This document shows positions 40,901-52,900 of a DNA stretch of 64,000 nucleotides, piece after piece. Position 1 is the first letter of the stretch, and each line of letters opens with the position of its first letter. The DNA comes from Paragordius varius (taxonomy: Eukaryota > Animalia > Nematomorpha), in the NCBI GenBank assembly GCA_964247055.1, contig OZ176059.1, forward strand, positions 3,348,001 through 3,412,000, read 5' to 3'. The position numbers were made by a program, and so were the translations under genes. A model generated the notes under the pieces. The model saw nothing but the letters and a program-made list of their open reading frames with translations, made no database searches and had not been told where the DNA came from.

Positions 40901-43900
40901 TTTAAAAAAAAATTATTTTTAATTAAATAAATAATTTTTAATTTTTGATTAGTAATATACAGACAGCTGATAATATAATATATTTTAATATAAATATATT
41001 TAAAAAAAATTTATTTTTAATTAAATAAATAATTTTAATTTTTGATTAGTAATATAAAGACAGCTGATAATATAATATATTTTAATATAAATAGATTTTT
41101 TAACAAATTTTTTTATTATTTTTTATATAACAGTTGATAAGATATAAATATATATATATTTATATATTATTATATAAATATGAATTTTTTAATTAATTTT
41201 TTTGAAAACAGCTGTTTATTGATAAAATATTTTTTATAAAAATATTAATTTAAACAGCTGGTAAACAACGGTATATTTTTGCATTTTTTAAGAATAAATT
41301 TATAAAGTATAAAAAACAGCTGTTTATTAATAAAATATATTTTAATAAATTTTTTAATTTAATATTATATAAAAAATCAGATGTAAAAATTAAAATAATT
41401 TTGTAAAATTTCTATGAAAATTTAATTTTTAAAATTATATAGAGCAGCTAATTTTAAATATTTTTATTTATTTATTTTAATAAATTTTATATATTATTTT
41501 CCAAAATCTTATTTTATTATTTTTAATATAATACTTTTATATTTGTAATATATTTTAAATATAAATTTTTAATATTTAATTTTTAAAATAAAATTATTTT
41601 TAATATTTTATTTTTTAAAAAAAATTATTAATTATTATTTCAAAAACAGCTGATATAATTATATTAAAATTTTTATTTAAAATTTTTATTATAAATTATT
41701 TTTAATATTTTATTTTTTAAAAAAAATTAATAATTATTATATTTTAAAAACAGCTGATAATATAATAATAAAATTTATATTTTAAATTAAAATAAAATAT
41801 TATATTCAAAAATTTTATTTTATTATTTTTAATTTTATTATATTAATCTATTTCATATTATTTTATAAATAAATTATTTATAAAAAATAAATAATTTATA
41901 AATATATTAATTTAATAATTTTTTTTTTCAAAAACAGCTGATACTATAATTATAAATTCTGGAATCGAAAATGAATTAACGGATATTGGAGGACGTTCTG
42001 AAAAAAATTTATATGAACAGGTGATTTTTTTTAATAAATATTTTTTTTTAAAAATAAAATAAAATTTTTAATTTATTAAATAAATATTTTAATTTTTTTT
42101 AATTTTCTAAAAAAAATTTAAAAATAAATTTAAAATATAAAAAATAAATTTTTTTTATTTTGTTTAAATTAATTTTAAATTTTTTTAAAAATATTATTTA
42201 TTTTTTTTATAAATTATTTTTTTTTATTTATATTTTTTTTTAAATAATTTTATTTTAAGATTTTTTTTTTAAAATAAAATATTTAATTTTTTTATTTTGA
42301 TTTAATTTTATTTTAATTATTTTATTATTTTGATTTAATTTTATTTTAATTAATATTTTTTTTAAGAAATATTTATAAAAATAAAAAATTAAATTTATAT
42401 TTAAAAAAATAAAAAAAAATATTATTAAAAAATGAATTAAAAAAAAATATAATATTTTTTTAAATATATCTACATATAGAATTGATAAATTTTATTTTGA
42501 TTATGTTTAAATTTATTTTTTTAAATAATTTTTTTATTTAAAAATTAAAAAAATTATTATTTTTAATTTTTAAATAAAAAATAAAAAAATCAAATAAAAA
42601 ATAAAAAAAAATAAAAATAAAAAATTTTTTTATTTTTTATTTTTTTTTATTTTAAAAATATATTTTTTTTATTTTTTTTTATTTTTAAAATTAAATTTTA
42701 TTTTTTTTTCAAAATAAAAAGTATTTTTTATTTAAATATTTTTTAAAAATAATTTTATTTTCTAAAAATAATTTTATTTTTTTATTTTTTAAAAAAAAAA
42801 TATATTTAAAAAAAATAATTTTATTTAAATTTATTTTTTAAAAATAAAAATTAAAAAAATCTTTTTTTTAAAAATTGAAATATTTAATAATTTTTTTTTA
42901 TTTTTATTAATTTTTTAATTTTTTTTTTATTTAAATTTTCCTTAGAATATTGAAAGCGATTGGCTTTCTGTGGGCAAGAATGGAAGTTCTGATGTGGCTT
43001 TCGCCCTTATAGATGAAATTGGACATGACTCAGCTGTTTCTGTCATCAGGAACCCTGAAAAACAGCTGATTAAGGTCTCCAAGAAAGTAATTTTTAAAGA
43101 TAAAAAGTTTGATAAAACAGCTGTTTTTAATATATATTTTAAGAAAAAACAGCTTTTTTCATAAGAAAAATACAAAAAAAAAACGTAAAAAATTAATCAA
43201 AAATTGTTTAAACAGTTGATTTGGGTTTTCTAAAAATATGACAGAAACTGTCAAAAATTGAATAAAAATTGTTCAAAACAGCTGATTTGAGTTAAAATTG
43301 TTAATAATACAAAATATCCTTAAAATCGAATAAAATTTAATTAAAACAGCTTAAAATAAATTTCTAAAAAAACAGCTGATAATACTCTAAAAAATTTAAA
43401 AATCAAATTTATAAGATTTATTTTTAATTTTTTAAAAAATTGAACTTCTGATGTGGCTTTTGCACTCATCGATGAGATAGGTCATGACTCAGCTGTTTCT
43501 GTTATCAGGAACCCTGAAAAACAGCTGATCAAAGTCTCCAAGAAAGTATTATTTAAAGTTTCTCAAAAAGTAATTTAAAGTTTTTTTTAAAAGAAATTTA
43601 ATATAATTTTAATCTCATAAAGAAAAAACAGCTATTATTGAAAGAAAAATACAAAAAACCGTGAAAATTTGAATAAAAATTGATTGAAACAGCTGTTTTG
43701 CTTAAAAATTAATAAAAAACAGCTGATTTTTTATATGATTACAAATTTTAAAAATTTTGTACATTTATTGCCCTTATCGATGAGATTGGTCATGACTCAG
43801 CTTTTCTGTTATTACTAACCCAGTTGAAAAACAGCTGACTAAAGTTTCTAAAAAAGTAATTTATGAAAAAATTTGATACAATTAAAACAGCTGTTTTTAT

Positions 43901-46900
43901 TATAATTTTTTTAGGAAAACAGCTGTTTTTTCTTTAAAAATGTAAAAATAAAAAAACGTGAAAAAAAGAAAAAAAAAGAATAAAACACTAAAAAAATTGA
44001 TTAAAATTCAAAAAAATGACAAAAACTGACAAAATTGAATAAACATTGTTTGAAACAGTTGATTTGAGTTAAAATTGTTCTTAATACAAAAAATCCGACA
44101 AATATTGAATAAAAATTGATTGAAACAGCTGTTTATGTTGAATATTTAAAAAGTGACAAATATTGAATAAAAATTGATTAAAACAGCTGATTTTTATAAA
44201 ACAATATAAAAAATGGCTAAAAATGTTCATAAAAATAAATTTAAGTTTCGCCCTTATCGATGAGATTGAACATGACTCAGCTGTTTCAGTAATCAGGAAT
44301 CCAGCTGAAAACAGCTGATTAAAGTTTCTAAGAAAGTATTATTTAACATTTTTTGAAAGAAATTTTATATAAATTATTTTTATGAAAAAACAGCTGATTT
44401 GGGCTAAAAATTTAAAATGTTAGGAAATAGGTTATTATCCTGAAAAAAGGCTTCACATTTAAATTTTAATAAATTATAAAAATTTAAGAACACAGCTGTT
44501 TTTTATATAATAATTTAAAATTTTGATAAAAGAAGTTTCGGTTATTAGAAATCCAGAAAAACAGCTGACAAAAAATTCTGAGAAGGTATAAATATAAAGG
44601 TAAACAGCTGTTTTAACAAAAATGCGATAAATACCGTTAAAAATTGATAAAAATAATAAATAAATCAGCTAATTTATATTTTATGTTGGAAAAATTATAT
44701 TATCTCTATATAATTATATAATTAATAATTTTTCAATTTTTTTAAAAAAAAAATATAAATTACATATTATTACTAAATAAATAATATTTTAAATTCAATT
44801 ATAATGAAAATAACTTTATTTCTTATTGAAATTATTTAACATATAATTTACTAAAATAAATAAAAAATTTAATATATAAATGCTTTTTTGAAAAAACCAT
44901 TATAAATAAATTAAATTTTTAAAATAAAAAAATTATAAAATAAATTTTCAAAAAATTATAAATATTGAAAAAATTATTTATTAATTAAATTGATAATAAT
45001 TATAAAATAAATAATTTTCAACCGCTTGTAAATATTCAAATAATAATAAATAAATTAAATATTCAAACAATAATATCGTATAAATAATAAATATATTAAT
45101 TTTTTCTTTTATATATTTTAGAAACCATTATCATCTGATGCTGAGACAAAATCAGGTGATCTGCCTCCTTTTTCGCACACATTCATCCCATCAGCTGCAA
45201 CTGACTTTAGAAAATTTCAAACAGCTGTTCCAACAAATAATATTGGAAATAATAATAATTTTCAAATTCCTACTGATTATGATTTTGGTATTTTTATGAA
45301 TTTTTCCTAAAACAGCTGATATAAATCTTTTTTAAAATTTAAAACAGCTGTTTTAGATATTTTATATATTAAAAATTATTTTTAATTTAAAAAAAGCTGT
45401 TTTTAAATAATATACGTATAATTTAATTTTTTTATATATCTTATCTATATATATTTAATAATATTATTTAAATATTTCAAAAATAAAATATTTTCGAAAA
45501 CAGCTGTTTTTCCAACAAATAATAATATTGGAAATAATAATTTTCAAATTCCTACTGATTATGATTTTGGTATTTTTATGATTTTTTTCCTAAAACAGCT
45601 GATATAAATCTTTTTTAAAATTTAAAACAGCTGTTTTAGATATTTTATATATTAAAAATTATTTTTAATTTAAAAAAAGCTGTTTTTAAATAATATACGT
45701 ATAATTTAATTTTTTTATATATCTTATCTATATATATTTAATAATATTATTTAAATATTTCAAAAATAAAATATTTTCGAAAACAGCTGGTTTTCCACAA
45801 AATTATATAAAAATGATAATTTTCAAATTTCTACTGATTATGATTTTGGTAATTATATAATTTTTTTATAAAACAGCTGATAATTAATTTAAATTTTTAT
45901 TAAATGCCTAACACAACTGTTTTCAGATAATATGCGTATATTTTAATTTTTTTAATATACTATTTATATCTATTTAATTTTATTTATATATATTTAATAA
46001 TATTTTTTTGGAAAAAATTATATTTTTAAAAAAGCCGTTTTTAATAAGTTTCAAAAAAAAAATTTCAAATTTTCGGTAATTATATAATTATTTCATAAAA
46101 CAGCTGATATATTAAATTAAAACAGCTGTTTTTAGATAGTTATATATATATATATATATATTAAATTTTTTTATTTTCATTAATATACAAAAAATTAAAT
46201 TTTTAATGATAAATAATTATTTTTTATGATTAATATTTAATTTTAATTCATTAAAATAAAATATTTTTTAAAACAGCTGTTTCAAAAAATATCTAAAAAA
46301 CTGATAGACCAGAAATATATCGATTTTAAATTTTTTGAATTTAATAAAATATTTTATAAAAAATTAAAAAAACAGGTGATATATAAAATTATTAAATTGT
46401 TTTGATTTAATATATAATTTATTTCAAAATAAAATTTATTTATTATAAATAAATAATAAACAGCTGATTTATTAAATTTTTATTTTGTTTAATTAATTAT
46501 AATATAATTTATTTTTTATAAAAATATTTTAAAATAAAAATAATTTATTTTATTATAAAATATTAAAAAAACAGTTAATTATTTGTATTATTTTTTTTTA
46601 ATTATTTTTAATAAAAATAATTTATTTTATTATAAAATATTAAAAAAACAGTTAATTATTTGTATTATTTTTTTTAATTATTTTTAATAAAAATAAATAG
46701 TAAATTTAATTTATTATAATTTAAAAATAAATAATTTTATTAAAAACAGCTGACAAGATTAATAAAATATATTTAATTTTATAGAAGAAATTGGCCATAA
46801 TAGGAATTTCGAACAAACTTTTCAAAGGCCGAAACCTCTAACAGCTGGTTTTTTTTTATTTTTTATATTTTTTTATTTTTTTATTTATATTATTTTAATT

Positions 46901-49900
46901 TTTTTTTGTTTTTTAATTTTTTTATTTTATTTATTTTTTTTATTTAAAAAATTAATATGTAATATTTAAAAAATATAAATTTAATCTTAAAATATATTTT
47001 TTTTCTTTTTATTTTTATTTATTTATTTTAATTGTGTTTTTTAATATTTATTTTTTTATTTTTTTATTTTATTTTATTTTAGTTTTTATATTTTTTTAAT
47101 TTTTTTATTTTTATTTTTTCATTTTTTTTAATTTTATTATTTTTATTAATTTTATATTTTTTTATTTTTATTTTTATTTTTTTATTTTATTTTAATAAAA
47201 TTAAAAAAATTAATACTTTTATTTATTTTTGTTTTATTTTTATTATTTTTTTTATTTTGAATTTTTTATTATAAATTAATAATAAAAAATATAAATTTAA
47301 ATAAAAATTAAAATATTATTTTTTTTTTATTTATTTTATTTTATTTTTATCAATTTTAATTTTCATTTAATATTTGTAATCTTTTTTTTAAATTATTTTT
47401 TTATTTTTTTACTTTTTTTTATTTTTATATAAATATAATTATGAATTCTTATTTTATATTATTTTATATTATTTGATTTATTTTATTATTATTTTTTGTT
47501 TTTTTAATATTTATATATTTCTCATTTTTTATAATTAAATTTATTGAAATATTTTTTTTTATTTTTTAATTTTTCATTATATAATTTAATATTTTTTTTA
47601 AATTTTTATTTTTATTTTAATAATATTTTTTGGTATTTTTATTTATTTTAATATTAAATATATATTTATAGATAAATAAAATTATTATTTTTATTAATTT
47701 ATTTTATTTTTTTATATAATATTTTTTTTTTAATTTTTTTATTTGTTTTTATTTTTTAGATTTTCTTAAAAAATTCAATAATTTATAAATTAAATTTAAT
47801 TTAATTTTTTTAAATTTTTTAAAAAATATATTTTGAATTAATTTTTATTTTTTTAAAAAATATAATTTTAGATTATCCAAATTTTATTGATCATATTGGA
47901 GGTTCTCATTTTCAATCCACGAGGTTTTATTATTTTTATTTCTTTTTAAAAATTATTTAATTTTATTTTATTTAATAAAATTATATAATTAATAAAAATA
48001 AATTTATAAATATTAATTATTAAAAATATTTAATTTAATTGAAATTTTATTTAAATTGAAAAAAATATTTTATAAATTATATTTAAAAAATTAAATATTA
48101 TATAATTTTAATTTTTTTATGAAAAATATATAATAAAATTATAAAAATAAAAATAAATTAATTAAATATGAATTTTTATAAATTCATTAATTTATTATAA
48201 TTTAGTTCTAAATCTTTTTTTATTTTATTAATTTTTATAAAATATTTTTTTTTATTATTTTATAAAATATTTTTTATTTTCTAAAAATATATTTTTAATA
48301 AAATATATATTTGGTATTTTTATAAAATTATAAAATATTTTTTTATAAAATAATTTTTTCTTTAATGAAAATTAAATAATTATTATTTATTTCAAAAATT
48401 ATTAAAAAATATTTTTTTTTAAACTAATATTTTAGATTTGAAACTCAGAAACCATTCTCACCTGATTTATTATTGCCAAGATCAGCTGTTCCCCTTACTG
48501 CAAAAAGTGTTAAAAGGTGATTATTAATTTTAAATTAATTTTTAAAAAAATTTTATTTGAAATTAAAATAAATTATATAATTATTTAAAATCTAATTAAA
48601 ATTTTAAATTTATTCAAAATTATAAAAAAAATTAATTATATAATGTTTTTTAATTAACTTGTTATATTTTTTAGATAAAAATTTATTAGAAAATTTAAAC
48701 AAATTATTTTTTAATATGTATTCATTTTTTTTAAATTTATTTTTTTTAATTTATTTTAATTTAATTTTTTACTTTTTTAAATTATTTTTTTAATTTTTTG
48801 TTTTTAAGTTTTTACCGTCTTTTTCAAAAATTTTTTAAAATAATTTAAATTAAATATTTAAATTTTAAAAAAAAAATATTTTTTATAATTTTTTAATAAT
48901 TTTAATTAAATATATATATTTTGAAAACACAATTTATTTAGTTTAGTTTTTTTAATATTAATTTTAAAAATTAATTTAAAAAATCTTAAAATTAAATTTT
49001 AAAAAAATTTCTTTTATTAATTTTTATTTTTTTTTAGAATAACCGCCCCCTTCAGACGTCAAATTTTTACGACAACGCCTGCTCGCCCAATCAGCTGTTT
49101 ATTTTAATATTTTTATTTTTTTAAAAAAAATATTTTTTTATTTAAATTATTTAAAAAAAACTTTTCAAAAAAATATTTATTATATTATTAAATATTTTTA
49201 AAAAATTTTAAATTCATTAATAAATATATATTTTAAAAAAAGTTTATATTAAAATTCCTTAAAACATAGTAATTTATAAAAAATATTTTTATTTTTATAA
49301 ATTAAAAAAATATATTTTATTTATTTTATTTTATATTATTTTAATTTTGTTTTTTAATATTTTTTTGTAATTTCATATTTAAAAAAATTAATTATTAAAT
49401 TTTTTTATTTTAATTATTTTTTTTTTGAATTTTTACAATTTAAATAAATATTAATATTAAAATGTTTTTATAACATATATGTTTTAAAATTATATATCTT
49501 AAAAAAATTTAATTATATATTTTAATTTGAATAGTTTCAAAAAATATATAATTTTTATAAATATTATTTTATATATTTTTTCAAAAAATTTCAATAATTG
49601 TGAATAATAGTTGATTTTATTTGAAAAAATTAATTTATTAATTTTAATAATTTATATATTTAAATAAATTATACTTTAATTTTTTTATTTTTTATTAAAA
49701 AAAATATATTATTTTTTTAAAAAATATTTTATTTTTTTAGTATTTTCTAGAAGAACTTTGCCACCAGGTTTTTTATTTTTTTATATTTTTTTAAAAATAT
49801 TTTTTATTTAATATTTTAATTTATTTTTAATTTTTTTTTTCAAAATATTAATATTTAATTTTTTTATAATTTTATAAAATATTTTTTATTAATTAAATAT

Positions 49901-52900
49901 ATCAAATAATTTATTTTTTTATTTTTTTTATGAATTAATAAAAATATTTTTAATGAAAAAATTATTTTTTTATTTTTTAATATATTTTAAATATATTCTT
50001 TAATTTTAACATTTTTTTATATTAATATATATTATTATTATTAATAAATAAATTAAAAATTTTCAATTTTTTAAATTATTTAAATGTTTAAATAAATTTT
50101 CAGTATATATTATTTTAAAATTAAAAAAATATATGTTTTAATCAAATATATTTTTATATATAATTTAAAATAATAGATCATTTTTATAATTTTATTAATT
50201 TAAAGTTTTATATATTTTTATATTTTAATTATTTAAAAATTAATATTTTAATTTATAAATTTAAAATATATATTATTTATTTAAAATCAGCTGTTAGATT
50301 AGAAACAGGTTTTGGAAGTTCTAGAAGTTCGGTTATTTTTACACGTACTCGATTTACAGGTAAAAAATAAAAAATATTTAAAAAAAATATTTTTAAATTA
50401 TTTTATTTAAAATATTTTTTACAAATATTTAAAAAAAATATTTTTAAATTATTTTATTTAAAATATTTTTTACAAATATTTAAATAAAAATATTTATTAA
50501 AAATGAAAAAATTTATATATATATATAATATATATATATTTATATATTATATATATATATATATAGTAAAAATTAAATATAAAATTATTTTTTTTATTTA
50601 TTTAAAATATTTTATATGAATATTTAAATATAAAAATAAAAATATTGTTAATAAATATATGTATATATATAAATATTAATAATTGAAAAAAATATTTAAA
50701 AAAATAAAAATTATATAATATTTTTTTAAAATACATAATAAAAGAAAAAATAAAAATAAAAAAAATATTTAATTATTTAAAATTTATTAAAAAATATATA
50801 AATATATTTTTAAGATTAATAATTGAATTATAAATTAATAAAGCTATATTATAATATAATATTTAAAAATTAAATTGTTTTTTATTTATAAAAATGAAAA
50901 AATTTAATTATTTTAATAAAAAAAAATTATTTAATAAAAATACTTAAATTTATATAAATTTAATTTTATTTATTTTTTTAATATATTAATATAAATATGT
51001 TTTTTTAAAATATTAATAAAAATTAGATATTATTAAAATATAAAAAAATATTTTTTAATTTTTATTTTTAATTTTAATAAAAAATATTTTTTTGCAATAA
51101 TTTAATTTTAATTTATTTTTAATATTTTATTTTTTAATTTAAAATTTTTATTATTAAATAATTATATATAAAATGAAATTTATACAATTAAATAAATATT
51201 TATAAATATTTAATAAAAATTTTTTTTATAAAATATTTAATAAAAATATTTTTTAATATTTTTTTTATAAAGCGCCACCTTTTGTTCCACGAACGCCCAG
51301 GCTTTCGCCTATTACCATTAATTCTGGTAATTTAATTTTTAATTTAAATATTTTAAAAAATAAAAAAATATATATTTTAATTTTTAAAAATTAAATATAA
51401 ATTTTTTTAATTTAGTTAATAAACATAATTAAAGCAAAATTAAAAAAATATATTATATTATTTTTTACTTTTTATATTTTAAATATTTTTAATTAAAATA
51501 ATATTTTATTTAAAATATTTTTATGTAATTTTATATTTTTAAAATATTTATTTTAAAATATTATTTTTTTAATTTATTTAAAATTTTGATTTTTTAATTT
51601 TTTTAAATTTTTTTTTAAAATATTTATTTTAAAGTAATTATTTTTTAATTATTAAAATATATATTTTTTAATTTATTTATTTAAAATTATTAATTTTTTA
51701 AATTTAATAATAATATATATTTTTTAATTTATAATTTTTAATTTAATTTTTTTTAGTTCCTCCAATAATAAGAACACCACCAGTTGTTCAGCCACCTGGT
51801 TTACCTCGAGGTAATAAATATTTATAAAAAAATATATTTTTTATTTTTTAAAATATTTTTTAATTTATTTAATAAAATAAATTTTCATTATTTTTTATTT
51901 TATAATATATTATAAAAAATTAATAAATTTATTAAAATATTTTGATTTTATAAAATTAATTTTTAATTAAAAAAAAATAAAATTTTTTTATAAAATTAAT
52001 TTTTTATAAAAAAATTATTTTTTTATAATTTTTATAATTTATATTTAATCTATAAAATATTAAAAAAAAATTAATAAATTTATTATGTTTTTAATTATAT
52101 GAATTTTTTTTTATTTAAATTAATTTTTAAAAAATATAAAAATAAATTTTAATTTATTTTTAAAAAAAAAAATAATTATTTTTTTATTTTAATTTTATTA
52201 ATATAGTTTTCGTTTATTTTTATTTAAAAATGTAAAATTAATTTATTTAAAAAAAATTAAAAAAATATAAAATTAAGTCTTTTAAAATAATGAATCTCAA
52301 ATTTACTTTTTTTATAAATAATTAATTTAAAATTTTTATTATTATAATTTTTATAAAATTATATTTTTATATTTATTTTTTATTTAAAATAAATTTTACT
52401 AAATAACATTTAGTTTCTTTATAAATAATAAATAAATATATAAATAATTTCTTAAAAATATAATTTATAAAATTAAAAATTTTTAGGATTTTTTTTAATT
52501 TTTTTAATTTTTTTAAAAAATAAAAAATTAAATTATTTATTATTTAATTTTTTTAGTATTTTTTTTGTTAGAAATAAAAATAAATTAATTTTTATTTGAA
52601 AAAATAATTAAATTAACAATTTTTTATAATATTTTTATTAAAAATATAAAAATATTTTTAATGAAAAATATAAATAAAATTAAATATTTTTATTTTTTAA
52701 TTAATTTTATTTATAATTTTTATTTTATTTTTTAGTTTTCGTCCCAATGAGCATAATGGCAATGAATATGGATGAATGGCAATGCGAATTCGATGTAAAT
52801 TTATTTTTTTTTATAAAATTAAAAAAAATTAATTTTAATTTAAAATATTTAATTTTATTTTAATAATTATTATTTTTAATAAAAAAAAATAATTATTTTT

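Noticed and set aside
42942-43175. Minus-strand ORF 77 aa
   Set aside because: Antisense shadow of exon 19.
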